Shown: in pieces, positions 36,351 through 46,985 of the stretch
Numbering within the stretch: the stretch's first letter is position 1
Layout of the letters: each line of letters starts with the position of its first letter
Notes under the pieces: generated by a model
The model's database searches: none
What the model was told of the DNA's origin: nothing
What the model saw: the letters and a program-made list of their open reading frames with translations, nothing else
From: an uncultured Alphaproteobacteria bacterium
GTDB taxonomy: Bacteria; Pseudomonadota; Alphaproteobacteria; Methylaequorales; Methylaequoraceae
NCBI GenBank assembly: GCA_902563305.1
Contig: CACEWP010000001.1
Location: 143,886-207,885 of the forward strand
DNA length: 64,000 nucleotides
Direction of reading: 5' to 3'
Translations under genes and position numbers: made by a program

Positions 36351-36998
36351 TTAATGTGAAAAAATATCAGAGTCTAGATAATCTAAAAAATCTAGTTGTA
36401 TTCTAACAGGAAGAAATGAAAATAAAGATTTTGCAAGCTTCATTCTTTCCTCTCTTTCAAGCATATGTTCTAAAATTATCTTCAATTCGAATAAATATAT
36501 TACATCAAATGATGCATACCTTAACTGATTAACTGACAGAGTGTCGGAAGACCAATCTGACGATTGTTGAGATTTATTTAAATCAACTCCCAAAAGTTCT
36601 TTGCATAATTCTTTTAATCCATGCTTATCGGTATATGTCCGAACTAGTTTAGAACTTATTTTTGTACAAAAAATATTTTCAAGATCAACTTTAAAGAATT
36701 TTTTAATCATTGCTAAATCAAATCTTGCATAATGAAATATTTTCTGAATTTTCCTGTTACTTAGCATTTTAAGTATTTCTGGATGTTTTTTTTGATCATA
36801 TAATTCATCTTTGCTAAATTTAACTATATGACATTCTTGTTTAGAAAAGGCAAATTGAATTAGACACAATCTATCCCTTATTAAACTCAAACCAGTTGTT
36901 TCAGTATCTATTGCAATAATTTCAGGAGGTTTAATGTTTTCTGGTAGATCATTGTTGTGTAAATATATTTTTGATTCGCCAAATTTAAAAGTTTTCAT
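36351..36998 (-). CDS. 3'-5' exonuclease, short RNase D-like (DEDDy)
   Basis: 215 aa. Carries IAIDTETTGL, KIFHYARFDL and YASFDVIYL. Confidence 0.8.
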   Translation of the reverse strand: MKTFKFGESKIYLHNNDLPENIKPPEIIAIDTETTGLSLIRDRLCLIQFAFSKQECHIVKFSKDELYDQKKHPEILKMLSNRKIQKIFHYARFDLAMIKKFFKVDLENIFCTKISSKLVRTYTDKHGLKELCKELLGVDLNKSQQSSDWSSDTLSVNQLRYASFDVIYLFELKIILEHMLEREERMKLAKSLFSFLPVRIQLDFLDYLDSDIFSH

Positions 36999-37060
36999 AT
37001 TTGATAATTTTTAATTATGATATTAATACCAAAGTTATAAGATAAATAGTAAAAAAATAA

Positions 37061-38014
37061 ATGAATAGAAAAATTAGTGGAAAAAAAGTTATAGTTTTTG
37101 GTGGCACAGGGTTTATTGGGTCTCACTTGATTAATCATTTGTGTCGAAATTCGTGTCAAGTTGATATAGTTACAAGAAGCAATATTAGAAAGCCTCAATA
37201 TTTTTTAGGAAATGAACCCGGGCAAGTGAAAGTATTAAAGATTGATGAGTTTAACGATAAAAATCTAAATAAGATACTCCAAAAGGCAGATATGGTTTTT
37301 AATTTAATTGGAATACTTTTTGAAGCAAAAAAAAATTCATTTAATAAAATTCATGTTGAAATTCCAAAAAAAATAGCAGAATCAGCCAAAAAAAATGATG
37401 TAAGAAATTTTATCCACTTGTCAGCTTTAAATGTTGATAAAACAACTAGCTCATTTTACTCAATGTCTAAGTTAAATGGAGAAGAAGAGGTGAAAGAGAA
37501 TTTCCCAAATTGTGTTATTGTAAGGCCTAGTGTAGTATTTGGGAAAAGAGATGGATTTACAAACCTTTTCTCGGATATGTCTAAGTTTAGTCCATTTCTT
37601 CCTTTGATTGGGACACCTGAGATTAAAAAAAAAGGATTTTTTCCAACTATAAATTTTAAAAAAAAAGTTCGTTTTCAACCTATTTATGTCGGAGATCTAG
37701 TAACATTTTTGTTAAAAACGTGTTTATTAAAAAAAAAAACCTTTGACCTCGCTGGTCCAACAATCCAATCTTTTTCTGAAATTTTTGACATCATTCTTAA
37801 AGTAAAGAAAAGAAAAAGAATTTATATTCCAATTCCTTTTTTTGCTGCAAGAACGTTGGCTTTTTTCATGGAATTTCTTCCCTACCCTCCTTTAACTAGG
37901 GATCAAGTTCGTTTGCTTAGGTTCGATAATATTTCAGCAAAGGGCTATTCTAATTTAAGAGAATTTGTTGATAACCCCTCTTCATTAGAAACAATAGCAG
38001 AGACTTATCTTTAG
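37061..38014 (+). CDS. NDUFA9-like NAD(P)-binding SDR family protein
   Basis: 317 aa. Rossmann motif VFGGTGFIGSHL. Length and pattern (YSMSKLNGEE, IVRPSVVFG, QPIYVGDL) match the alphaproteobacterial complex I NDUFA9-like family. Confidence 0.75.
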   Translation: MNRKISGKKVIVFGGTGFIGSHLINHLCRNSCQVDIVTRSNIRKPQYFLGNEPGQVKVLKIDEFNDKNLNKILQKADMVFNLIGILFEAKKNSFNKIHVEIPKKIAESAKKNDVRNFIHLSALNVDKTTSSFYSMSKLNGEEEVKENFPNCVIVRPSVVFGKRDGFTNLFSDMSKFSPFLPLIGTPEIKKKGFFPTINFKKKVRFQPIYVGDLVTFLLKTCLLKKKTFDLAGPTIQSFSEIFDIILKVKKRKRIYIPIPFFAARTLAFFMEFLPYPPLTRDQVRLLRFDNISAKGYSNLREFVDNPSSLETIAETYL

Positions 38015-38016
38015 AT

Positions 38017-38823
38017 TTAAATTAAATATAGTAAAATCCAACTTCCAAATATAAGTCGATAAACTACGAAAATTGAAAGTGAAAATTTTCTAACCCAAGA
38101 AACAAAAACAAAAATAAAAAAAATTGAGAAAATAAAGCTAAGAAAAAAAATTACAAAGCTTGGAAAACTAATTATTAAATCTAAAGAGCTTTCTGCAACT
38201 GCTTTTGTAAATAAATAGCCAGTAGCTCCTATAATAACTGGAATACTTAGAAGGTTTGAATATTTAACTGAAAATTTCCTCTGAAATCCAAAAAAGCGCA
38301 TGGCTGTAATAACGGAGCCTGATCTACTAACACCAGGAACTAAAGCAAAACATTGAAAAAAACCTATTAAAAAAGACGTAAAATAGGTAAGAGAATTTAA
38401 ATTTTTAATTCTCAAACAAAATTTATCAACTATAAATAGAATTATTCCAAATAATATGCTTGTTACTCCTATAATAACTATAATTTTTTCTTCATTATAA
38501 TTTATTAATTTTGCTACAACGTATCCAATAAAAAAAATTGGAACTGAAGAGATAATTAAGTTAACCATCAAAAAAGAATTTCTATCAATATCAGGTCTAT
38601 CAATAAGCTTAATTGAAAAAAGAAAACCTTTGAGAGTTTTATAATAATAAATTATTACCGCAAAGAGAGAGCCAAAATGAGCTAAAATTGTTGCCTGATC
38701 GATCGAAATTTCAGCAGAATTAATAGAATAATAATTATTAAATAAAATGAGATGACCTTGCGAACTTATAGGAAGGAACTCTGTAAATCCTTGAATAAAA
38801 CAAAAAAAGAATATAGCTAGCAA
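38017..38823 (-). CDS. uppP: undecaprenyl-diphosphate phosphatase
   Basis: 268 aa, polytopic. Carries TEFLPISSQGHL and PGVSRSGS motifs. Confidence 0.9.
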   Translation of the reverse strand: MLAIFFFCFIQGFTEFLPISSQGHLILFNNYYSINSAEISIDQATILAHFGSLFAVIIYYYKTLKGFLFSIKLIDRPDIDRNSFLMVNLIISSVPIFFIGYVVAKLINYNEEKIIVIIGVTSILFGIILFIVDKFCLRIKNLNSLTYFTSFLIGFFQCFALVPGVSRSGSVITAMRFFGFQRKFSVKYSNLLSIPVIIGATGYLFTKAVAESSLDLIISFPSFVIFFLSFIFSIFFIFVFVSWVRKFSLSIFVVYRLIFGSWILLYLI

Positions 38824-38912
38824 AACGACCCAATAAAATTTGATTTTAATATAAAAGTAGTATATTAAGTGATTTATTATAAAAATAAAGCTTTAAACTT
38901 AAAATTCACAAT

Positions 38913-39806
38913 ATGAATATAAAAAATTTTGATCTTAACCTTCTTGTAGTTTTTAAAACTTTATTCGAAGAAAAAAACGTTACGAGGGCAAGCAAGAAAA
39001 TGGGTATAACTCAGCCGGCCATGAGTAATGCCTTAAACAGGCTTAGATATTTGGTAAAGGATGAGTTATTTATTAGAGGTCCAAGAGGTATGAGGCCAAC
39101 ACCTAGGGCTAACGACTTATCACTTCCTATCCAAAGTGCACTTAATAATTTAGAGTCATCTTTATCATCAATAGATTTTAATCCAAAAACAACAAAAAAG
39201 TTGTATAGAATATCCATGTCTGATGATGTTGCTCCAATTATTCTACCTAATTTGGTAAACTTTATAGAGAAAAATTCACCAGAATCTTCACTATGTATTA
39301 GATCTGAACAAGGTAATGAGGCACTCAAATTATTGGATAATAATGAAATTGATTTTGCAGTAGGTCGTTTTGAATCAGTAGGGAGTAGATTCGGGTATTC
39401 CGATCTTTTTACGGAAAAATATGTATGTATATTAAAAAAAAATCACCCATTTAAAGAGGAAACAAAATTATCAATTGATCAATATTTAGAAGCTAAACAT
39501 CTTAGAGTAGCACCTATGGATGCACCTACGCATCCTATAGATAGGGCATTAAGCCAACTTAATCTTGAAAGAGAAATTTCAGTTAGAATAGATTTAATTA
39601 CACTTGCACCGGTGATAATTAGGAACTCAGATTTAATTTTAACACTACCATCAAAAACTGCCCAAAGAATGGCTAAAAACTATGACTTCAAGATAATTGA
39701 ACTTCCATTGGATTTAGAAAGAAGAAAGACAAAAATGGTTTGGCATAAAGAGCTTACGAATCACCCAACTTTCGATTGGGTCAAAAACCAAATTTTAACT
39801 TTATAG
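38913..39806 (+). CDS. LysR family transcriptional regulator
   Basis: 297 aa. N-terminal wHTH FDLNLLVVFKTLFEEKNVTRASKKMGITQPAMSNALNRLR plus a LysR substrate-binding domain of the expected length. Confidence 0.9.
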   Translation: MNIKNFDLNLLVVFKTLFEEKNVTRASKKMGITQPAMSNALNRLRYLVKDELFIRGPRGMRPTPRANDLSLPIQSALNNLESSLSSIDFNPKTTKKLYRISMSDDVAPIILPNLVNFIEKNSPESSLCIRSEQGNEALKLLDNNEIDFAVGRFESVGSRFGYSDLFTEKYVCILKKNHPFKEETKLSIDQYLEAKHLRVAPMDAPTHPIDRALSQLNLEREISVRIDLITLAPVIIRNSDLILTLPSKTAQRMAKNYDFKIIELPLDLERRKTKMVWHKELTNHPTFDWVKNQILTL

Positions 39807-39807
39807 A

Positions 39808-40701
39808 ATGAAATTAATCTTTTTTGGAGCAGGATATTCATCGAATTACATTTTACCGAGGTTGGATTGTAGCTTTGAGATTATCTGTACTCATAATACT
39901 GAAATTAAAGAAGAGCGATTTGATAAAAATTTAAAAATAAATAGAGTTACATTTTCAGATTTTTTAAAAAAAAAAAATGATTATTTAATGAATACTACTC
40001 ACATTCTTAATTCCATTCCTCCGATTAAACAAGAGGACTTAGTTTACAATTTATTAAAAGATGCGAAACAATCTTCAATACAAAATTTAAAGTGGTTTGG
40101 TTATTTATCATCAACTAGTGTATATGGAAATCATTTTGGCAAGTGGGTTGACGAAAAAACAAACACTAAACCAACAACAAAAAGAGGTAAAGTCAGGAAA
40201 AAAATAGAAGATTTTTTTTTAAAACTTCACAAAAAATATAATTTTCCAGTTCATATTTTTAGACTTCCAGGGATTTATGGTCCAGGTAGGTCAGCCCTTG
40301 ACAAATTATATAATGGAAACAAAAATGTTATTATCAAACCAAAGCAGTTTTTCTCAAGAATTTTCGTTGAAGATATCGCCTCAGCAGTAATACTAAGTAT
40401 GAATAATCCTACTCCAGGTGAAATATTCAATATAACAGATAATCTTCCCTGCTCCTCACAATTAGTGACTGAATTTGCAGCTAATTTGTTGGAAGTAGGT
40501 GATCTTAAATATATAAATCTCAATTCTACAGAAATTAATGATATGACTAAGGATTTTTATAAAGACAATAAAAGGGTTTCAAATAAGAAAATAAAAAAAA
40601 TATTAGGTTGGACACCTAAATTTGAAAACTATAAATTAGGTCTGGAAGAAATATTTAAAAAAGTTAATGGCAAAAATACTTCAAATAATACCATCTCTTA
40701 A
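39808..40701 (+). CDS. NAD(P)-dependent epimerase/SDR-like protein
   Basis: 297 aa. Degenerate Rossmann motif FFGAGYSS, SSTSVYG, and RLPGIYGPGR, typical of an extended-SDR subgroup. Confidence 0.6.
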   Translation: MKLIFFGAGYSSNYILPRLDCSFEIICTHNTEIKEERFDKNLKINRVTFSDFLKKKNDYLMNTTHILNSIPPIKQEDLVYNLLKDAKQSSIQNLKWFGYLSSTSVYGNHFGKWVDEKTNTKPTTKRGKVRKKIEDFFLKLHKKYNFPVHIFRLPGIYGPGRSALDKLYNGNKNVIIKPKQFFSRIFVEDIASAVILSMNNPTPGEIFNITDNLPCSSQLVTEFAANLLEVGDLKYINLNSTEINDMTKDFYKDNKRVSNKKIKKILGWTPKFENYKLGLEEIFKKVNGKNTSNNTIS

Positions 40702-41833
40702 TCAAATAAACGGAGGAGTTGAGCGGGGCACACTTGATGTTGCGAAAGAATTAATTAATGTTGGATTTGAGTCATGCATACTTTCGTCTGGCGGCGAAAT
40801 GGCCGAAAAATATAAGTATAGAGGTGTCGAACATTATGAATTAAATATGAAAAAAAAGGGGTTAATGAAGTACTTCTTTTTGAAAAAAAAATTTAAAGAT
40901 ATTTTAACCTACATTAAGCCAGATATTATTCACATTAGAAGTAGATGGCCAGCTTTTTGTTTTAACAAAATTGTTAAACACCTAAGAATACCACTTGTAA
41001 CAACTTACCATGGAACGTACTCTGGAAGTAATTTTTTTTTAAAAAGAAAATACAATAGTTTTATGACGCAAGGAGACAAGGTAATAACAATATCTAAGTT
41101 TATTAATGATCACGTTAGACATTACTATCCTTTAGTTAAGTCAAATTTAATACAGATTGATAGAGGTATTGATACGAATTATTTTGATTTAAATTCTATA
41201 GCTGAAAAAAGAAAAGAAAATATTTTATCAAAGTTAAAGCTTTCCGAGAATTCTCATGTTTTATTACTCCCTGCAAGAATAACTTCATGGAAAGGACATT
41301 TGATTGCTCTAGAAGCAGCAAACCTAATAGTCCAAAGGTCCCCCAATCTAAATTTTATAATTTTATTTGTAGGTAGTGAGGATGGAAAAATAAAATTTTC
41401 GAAAATCTTAAAAAAAAGAATCAAAAAACTCAAACTTGAGAATAGAGTAATTTTTTGCGGTAATTTAAATGATATGCCTGCAGTTTATTCTATTGCAGAT
41501 ATTGTTCTTTCTACTTCTATAGAACCCGAGGCGTTTGGAAGGGTTAGCGCAGAAGCATCCTCAATGACAAAGCCAATTATTTCATCTAATCATGGAGGAT
41601 CAAGAGAGATTATTGAAAATGAAATTACTGGTTGGTTGGTTGAACCATCAAATCCAGAGATACTTGCTACAAAAATTATAGAGGTTCTTAAACTTTCACA
41701 AGAAAAAAAGGATTTGATAGGCTTAAATGCTAGAAGAAGGGTCGAGGAAAAATTTAGTTTAAAAGAAATGTTAAAAAAAACTTTGAAAGTTTATGAAGAC
41801 TTACTTTCCACAAAAAAAGATTTTAATCATTAA
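40667..41833 (+). CDS. glycosyltransferase family 4 (GT-B, group 1)
   Basis: 388 aa. GGVERGTLDV N-terminus and an E-x7-E block, STSIEPEAFGRVSAEA. Confidence 0.85.
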   Translation: MAKILQIIPSLNQINGGVERGTLDVAKELINVGFESCILSSGGEMAEKYKYRGVEHYELNMKKKGLMKYFFLKKKFKDILTYIKPDIIHIRSRWPAFCFNKIVKHLRIPLVTTYHGTYSGSNFFLKRKYNSFMTQGDKVITISKFINDHVRHYYPLVKSNLIQIDRGIDTNYFDLNSIAEKRKENILSKLKLSENSHVLLLPARITSWKGHLIALEAANLIVQRSPNLNFIILFVGSEDGKIKFSKILKKRIKKLKLENRVIFCGNLNDMPAVYSIADIVLSTSIEPEAFGRVSAEASSMTKPIISSNHGGSREIIENEITGWLVEPSNPEILATKIIEVLKLSQEKKDLIGLNARRRVEEKFSLKEMLKKTLKVYEDLLSTKKDFNH

Positions 41834-42725
41834 GTTTGGCGGCTTAGGCGACATGATTCTATCTCTTGGAGCTATTTCTTCTATATATAATCATCACAAA
41901 TGTAGAATGGTTCTGTTAACAGAAGAACCATTCGACAAGTTCCTGAATAAATCTAATTGGTTTTCCGAGATTGTAACTATAAAGAGGAACATTTTCTATT
42001 TTCTTGATATTCGTCAGATAAGAGAAAAGATAAACTGTTCGGATTTTGACTTTGTTTATGATTTACAGACATCTAATAGAACTGCCAACTATCTAAAACT
42101 CTTTTTAAATACTAAAGCAATAACAAATGGTATAGGGAAGTTTGCTAAAATTATTCATATCCATAAAAATAGAAATCTTATGCATACTTTGGATAGACAA
42201 AAAGATCAAATCAAACTAAGTCAAATAAAGTACAAATTTAAAAATTTCAAATGGTTGTTTGAATCTAAATTTAAAATACCAAAAAAAAAGTATGTAATGA
42301 TTGTACCTGGAGGTTCAAGGAAACGAAAAAATAAGAGAATACCTCAAGAAATTTATCTCAAGGTTATAAACCTTTTAATTAAATCCGGATTTGAAGTTTT
42401 GATTATAGGATCTAAGGATGATATGAAAATATGTAAAGATATTGAAATAAATTTTCCTAGCGTGAAAAACTTGTGTGATAAAACTGACCTTTTTGATTTA
42501 GGAAAATTGAGTAAGAATTCATTTTTATCAATTGGAAATGATACAGGCCCTATGCATTTAATTGCAAAAGGAGGAAATGATGTATTAGTTTTGTTTACCA
42601 AATTTTCTAACCCAGACCTTTGCAAACCAATTGGAAAAAATGTTTCAATCCTGATATATAAAAATGATAAAGCAAAATTACTAAACGAAATATTTTTGAA
42701 ATTAAAAACAAAATTAGGTTTCTAA
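41793..42725 (+). CDS. glycosyltransferase family 9 (heptosyltransferase-like)
   Basis: 310 aa. Carries ILIIKFGGLGDMIL and SIGNDTGPMHLIA motifs. Confidence 0.75.
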   Translation: MKTYFPQKKILIIKFGGLGDMILSLGAISSIYNHHKCRMVLLTEEPFDKFLNKSNWFSEIVTIKRNIFYFLDIRQIREKINCSDFDFVYDLQTSNRTANYLKLFLNTKAITNGIGKFAKIIHIHKNRNLMHTLDRQKDQIKLSQIKYKFKNFKWLFESKFKIPKKKYVMIVPGGSRKRKNKRIPQEIYLKVINLLIKSGFEVLIIGSKDDMKICKDIEINFPSVKNLCDKTDLFDLGKLSKNSFLSIGNDTGPMHLIAKGGNDVLVLFTKFSNPDLCKPIGKNVSILIYKNDKAKLLNEIFLKLKTKLGF

Positions 42726-42765
42726 TGAAGATTGACATAAAACATCATTTGATTTAATTAGAATA

Positions 42766-44679
42766 ATGCCCAAGATATTATTTCCAGATGGAAAAACAAA
42801 AAAATTTGATAAAGGTGTAAACGGATTCATAGTTGCTGAAAGTATTTCAAAGTCATTACTTAAAAAAGCAGTGGCAATGCAGATAAACGGTGTTCAGAGA
42901 GACCTTAGTGATTCAATAAATGAAGATTCAGAGATTAAAATCATAACTAAAGATTCTAGTGAGGGTCTTGAAATTATGAGACATACCTTGACAGCTCAAG
43001 TTTTAGCTAATGCCATAAAAAATTTATATCCAGGAGCTAAGTTAGCCATTGGACCTACAATAAAGGATGGATTTTATTATGATATTTTATTCGAAAAACC
43101 GATATCAACTGACGACTTTCCGAAAATTGAAAGTGAAATGGTTAAAATAATTCAAAGAGGAAGTAAAATTGAAAAGACTCTTAAAAGCAAAGATGATGCT
43201 AAGAGACTTTTCAGTTTAAAGGATGAAATCTACAAAGTTAAAATAATTGAGGAATCTGAACAATCAAAAGATTTTCAAATATATAAACAAACTGAATCAA
43301 ATTTTTTTGATCTTTGCAGAGGCCCTCATCTTCCAAATTTAAATATGATTGGTCCTTTTAAATTAACCAAACTCTCGGGTGCTTACTGGAAAGGTGATTC
43401 AAAAAATGAAATGCTACAACGAATTTATGGAACTGCCTGGACAAATGATAAGGATTTAAAAAAATATCTTACCCAGCTAGAAGAGGCCGAAAAAAGAGAT
43501 CATAGAAAACTTGGTAAAGAGTTAGATTTATTTCATCTACAAGAACAAGCGGCTGGATCAGTTTTTTGGCATCAAAAAGGTTGGACTATATACAAAAAAA
43601 TAATGGAATACATTAGAAAAAAATTAGATAAAGCTGGGTATGAAGAAGTGAATACACCTCAGCTAGTTGATAGCTCATTATGGAAAGATTCAGGTCATTG
43701 GGATAAGTTTAGAGATCAAATGTTTATTTCTGAGTCAGAGCAGAAAATTCTTGCAATCAAACCTATGAATTGCCCTTGCCACGTTCAAATTTTTAGACAA
43801 GGAATTAAAAGTTATAAACAACTACCAATTCGCATGGCTGAATTTGGTTGTTGTCACAGGAATGAGCCCTCTGGAGCACTGCATGGCCTAATGAGGTTAA
43901 GATCTTTTATACAAGATGATGCTCACATTTTTTGTACTAAAGAGCAAATAATTTCAGAAACATTGAATTTCTGTAAATTATTAATGGAAGTTTACTCCGA
44001 CTTTGGATTTGAGGAAATTACTATTAAGTTTTCTGATAGACCAAAAAATAGAGCAGGTAGTGATGAAGTTTGGGATCAGGCTGAAAAATCTTTAATAGAA
44101 GCTGTTGAAAAAGCTGGTTATAGCTATGAGCTCAATCCAGGAGAGGGAGCATTTTACGGTCCAAAACTGGAGTTTGTGCTAAGAGACGCAATTGGAAGAG
44201 ATTGGCAGTGTGGCACATTTCAAGTAGATTTTGTTTTACCTGAAAGATTGGATGCTTCTTACATTGGAGAGGATGGAATGAAATACAGACCTGTTATGCT
44301 TCATAGAGCCATTCTTGGGTCTTTTGAGAGATTTATTGGAATATTAATTGAACACTACTCAGGAAGGTTTCCTCCATGGTTAAGTCCTATTCAAGTTGCT
44401 TTGGCAACTATTAATTCGAGCTGTAATAGTTATGCCAATGAGCTTGCTAAAGAACTTGAGAATAATGGTATAAGACTTACTAAAGATCTAAGGAACGAGA
44501 AATTAAATTATAAAATAAGAGAGCTATCAAACCAAAAAATCAACTTTATTGCTGTAATAGGAGAAAGAGAAGTTTCCAATAAAAAAGTTGTTCTAAGAAC
44601 ACTAGGTAGCACAAATCAGGAGATACTAGGATTTGAGGAGTTTATAAAAAAAATAAAAATTTCTTGCAGAATTTCTTAA
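42766..44679 (+). CDS. thrS: threonine--tRNA ligase
   Basis: 637 aa. Has a TGS N-terminus, the editing-domain HTLTAQVL region, class II motifs ([30 protein letters not shown]), and an anticodon-binding C-terminus. Confidence 0.97.
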   Translation: MPKILFPDGKTKKFDKGVNGFIVAESISKSLLKKAVAMQINGVQRDLSDSINEDSEIKIITKDSSEGLEIMRHTLTAQVLANAIKNLYPGAKLAIGPTIKDGFYYDILFEKPISTDDFPKIESEMVKIIQRGSKIEKTLKSKDDAKRLFSLKDEIYKVKIIEESEQSKDFQIYKQTESNFFDLCRGPHLPNLNMIGPFKLTKLSGAYWKGDSKNEMLQRIYGTAWTNDKDLKKYLTQLEEAEKRDHRKLGKELDLFHLQEQAAGSVFWHQKGWTIYKKIMEYIRKKLDKAGYEEVNTPQLVDSSLWKDSGHWDKFRDQMFISESEQKILAIKPMNCPCHVQIFRQGIKSYKQLPIRMAEFGCCHRNEPSGALHGLMRLRSFIQDDAHIFCTKEQIISETLNFCKLLMEVYSDFGFEEITIKFSDRPKNRAGSDEVWDQAEKSLIEAVEKAGYSYELNPGEGAFYGPKLEFVLRDAIGRDWQCGTFQVDFVLPERLDASYIGEDGMKYRPVMLHRAILGSFERFIGILIEHYSGRFPPWLSPIQVALATINSSCNSYANELAKELENNGIRLTKDLRNEKLNYKIRELSNQKINFIAVIGEREVSNKKVVLRTLGSTNQEILGFEEFIKKIKISCRIS

Positions 44680-44757
44680 ATTATGAATATTTTTAGTAAA
44701 GATAAAGAAATTTAACAAGTTGAAAGGTATTTTTTTTTAATATGCAACCAGTTCAGT

Positions 44758-45291
44758 ATGAATAAAGGTAGAATTCATTCGCCTAAACGGCAGGGCCCTG
44801 TTGTTAATGAAAGAATTAAAGCTAGATCTGTAAGGGTAATTTCAGAAAAAGGAGATATGTTAGGTGTATACAACACCGAAGATGCGGTTAAACTAGCATT
44901 TGATCAAGGGTTAGATTTAGTCGAGGTATCTCCAAATGCCTCACCACCAGTTTGTAAAATTATTGATTATGGTAAATATAAATACCAAATTCAAAAAAAA
45001 CAGGCTGAAGCAAAAAAAAAGCAAAAGACCTTTGAAGTTAAAGAGGTTAAACTTAGACCAGGAATTGAAGATCATGATTATGACGTTAAGCTAAAGTCTA
45101 TTCAACGTTTCTTGAATGGAGGAGATAAAGTAAAAATAACACTCAGGTTTAAGGGAAGGGAAATGGCTTATCACCAAAGAGGCATGGATGTATTGAAAAA
45201 GCTAGAAAGTCAAATAGAACCTTTGGCTAAAATTGAACAAGTCCCAACACTAGAAGGCAAGCATATGATAATGGTGGTTGCCCCCAGATAG
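44758..45291 (+). CDS. infC: translation initiation factor IF-3
   Basis: 177 aa. VNERIKARSVRVISEKGDMLGV, LDLVEVSPNASPPVCKIIDYGKYKY and VKEVKLRPGIEDHDY. Confidence 0.93.
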   Translation: MNKGRIHSPKRQGPVVNERIKARSVRVISEKGDMLGVYNTEDAVKLAFDQGLDLVEVSPNASPPVCKIIDYGKYKYQIQKKQAEAKKKQKTFEVKEVKLRPGIEDHDYDVKLKSIQRFLNGGDKVKITLRFKGREMAYHQRGMDVLKKLESQIEPLAKIEQVPTLEGKHMIMVVAPR

Positions 45292-45346
45292 CTTAATTTA
45301 AAACTGCCTTGCTTTGAAAAAAAAAAAGGATATAAATGAGTTTATT

Positions 45347-45550
45347 ATGCCAAAGATTAAAACAAAGAGTGGTACAAAAAAAAGATTTAAAGTTACTGCA
45401 ACAGGAAAGGTTTTAATGTTTGCCAGTGGAAAGAGACATAATCTTTCCAAAAGAACGAAGACTATGAAGAGATCCTCAAGAGGCCCAACAGTAATGTCAA
45501 AACAAGATTCAAGGATTGTAAAAAAGTATATTAACGCTAAATTAAGGTAA
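45347..45550 (+). CDS. rpmI: 50S ribosomal protein L35
   Basis: 67 aa from the ATG at 45347, [22 protein letters not shown]. The ORF-track start at 45314 looks like an upstream extension. Confidence 0.93.
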   Translation: MPKIKTKSGTKKRFKVTATGKVLMFASGKRHNLSKRTKTMKRSSRGPTVMSKQDSRIVKKYINAKLR

Positions 45551-45557
45551 TTTAAAG

Positions 45558-45908
45558 ATGTCAAGGGTTAAAGCCGGAAGTATAACAAGGTCAAGGCACA
45601 AAAAAATTTTAAAAAGAGCCAAAGGTTATTTTGGTAGAAGAAAAAATACATTTAAAGTTGCAAACCAAGCTGTAGAAAAGGCTGGTCAGTATGCCTATCG
45701 TGATAGAAAGGTTAAAAAAAGAGAGTTTAGAAGACTCTGGATTCAAAGAATCAATGCTGGATGCAGACTTCACGGAATAAAATATTCTACGTTTATGAAT
45801 GGTTTAAAGAAAGTTAACTTGAATTTTAATAGAAAAGTTTTGGCAGATCTTGCTGCACTTGAGCCAGAATCTTTTAAAGAGATAGTAGCAAAAGTAAAAG
45901 CTGCGTAA
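45558..45908 (+). CDS. rplT: 50S ribosomal protein L20
   Basis: 116 aa. [30 protein letters not shown]. Confidence 0.97.
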   Translation: MSRVKAGSITRSRHKKILKRAKGYFGRRKNTFKVANQAVEKAGQYAYRDRKVKKREFRRLWIQRINAGCRLHGIKYSTFMNGLKKVNLNFNRKVLADLAALEPESFKEIVAKVKAA

Positions 45909-45922
45909 AAAACTACAGTAAT

Positions 45923-46984
45923 ATGGATTATGATAAACTTATTCAATCAGCTTTGAATGAAGTTCAGGCATCTAGTTCAAGCGAAAATTTAGAAAAAGTA
46001 AGAGTAAAATATTTTGGTAAAAACGGTTTGTTTACTAAAGAATTGAAGTCTTTATCTACTCTTTCAACCGAACAGAAAAAAGTTGTTGGAGTTAAATTAA
46101 ATGATTTTAAAAATGATTTTTTTTCTAAACTATCGATCAAGAAGGATGAAATAGAAAATTATGAGATAAATAAAAAGTTAGAAGAAGATTTTGTAGATCC
46201 TTCTCTACCAGCACGAGAAAAAAACTTTATAAATTCCAAGATTCATCCAATAAGTCATACGATGAATGAAATCACTTCAATACTTGGGAATATGGGTTTG
46301 GTCTATGAAGAAGGTCCAGATATTGAAGACGACTTCCATAATTTTACAGCACTGAATATTCCAAAGGATCATCCAGCTAGACAGATGCATGATACATTTT
46401 ATTTAGACAGTATTGAAGATAAGTACGTACTAAGAACTCACACATCTCCGGTTCAAATTCGCTCTTTAAAAAAAAAAAAACTTCCATTAAGGATTTTTGC
46501 ACCAGGAAGAACATATAGGTGTGATTCCGATATTACACATACCCCGATGTTTCATCAGGTAGAGGGATTAGTTGTTGATGAAGGAATTACTTTTTCAAAT
46601 TTAAAATGGTTTTTAGAATCTTTTTGTAAAATTTTTTTTAAAAAGGATAATTTGAAGTTAAGGTTTAGACCTTCATATTTTCCATTTACTGAACCTTCTG
46701 CCGAAGTAGATATCAATTATAAAAAAGTGTCAGGAAAAATAACTTTTGGCGAGGGAAACCAGTGGATGGAGATATTAGGATGTGGAATGGTTCATCCAGA
46801 GGTTTTTAAAATGTCTAATATAAAAACAAATGCTACTGGCTTTGCTTTTGGTATGGGAATAGAGCGACTTGCAATGCTTAAATACGGTATGCCAGATCTT
46901 AGAGATTTTTTTGATAATGATTTGAAATGGCTTGAACATTATGGATTTAGTTTCTTTGAAAAGTCGGATTTGAGTTGGCGATAA
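45923..46984 (+). CDS. pheS: phenylalanine--tRNA ligase alpha subunit
   Basis: 353 aa. Carries HPARQMHDTFY, GRTYRCD, FHQVEGL, FPFTEPSAEVD and FGMGIERLAMLKYG. Confidence 0.97.
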   Translation: MDYDKLIQSALNEVQASSSSENLEKVRVKYFGKNGLFTKELKSLSTLSTEQKKVVGVKLNDFKNDFFSKLSIKKDEIENYEINKKLEEDFVDPSLPAREKNFINSKIHPISHTMNEITSILGNMGLVYEEGPDIEDDFHNFTALNIPKDHPARQMHDTFYLDSIEDKYVLRTHTSPVQIRSLKKKKLPLRIFAPGRTYRCDSDITHTPMFHQVEGLVVDEGITFSNLKWFLESFCKIFFKKDNLKLRFRPSYFPFTEPSAEVDINYKKVSGKITFGEGNQWMEILGCGMVHPEVFKMSNIKTNATGFAFGMGIERLAMLKYGMPDLRDFFDNDLKWLEHYGFSFFEKSDLSWR

Positions 46985-46985
46985 A

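Noticed and set aside
44740-44760. Checked whether infC uses the unusual AUU/AUA start typical of IF-3; an in-frame ATA lies at 44740.
   Set aside because: A normal ATG at 44758 gives an N-terminus of typical length. The ATA would add only six residues, and nothing in the sequence favours it.
45298-45564. 88-aa minus-strand ORF, and the 45314 upstream start for L35.
   Set aside because: The minus-strand ORF is antisense to rpmI. L35 universally begins MPK(I/M)KT, which corresponds to the ATG at 45347.
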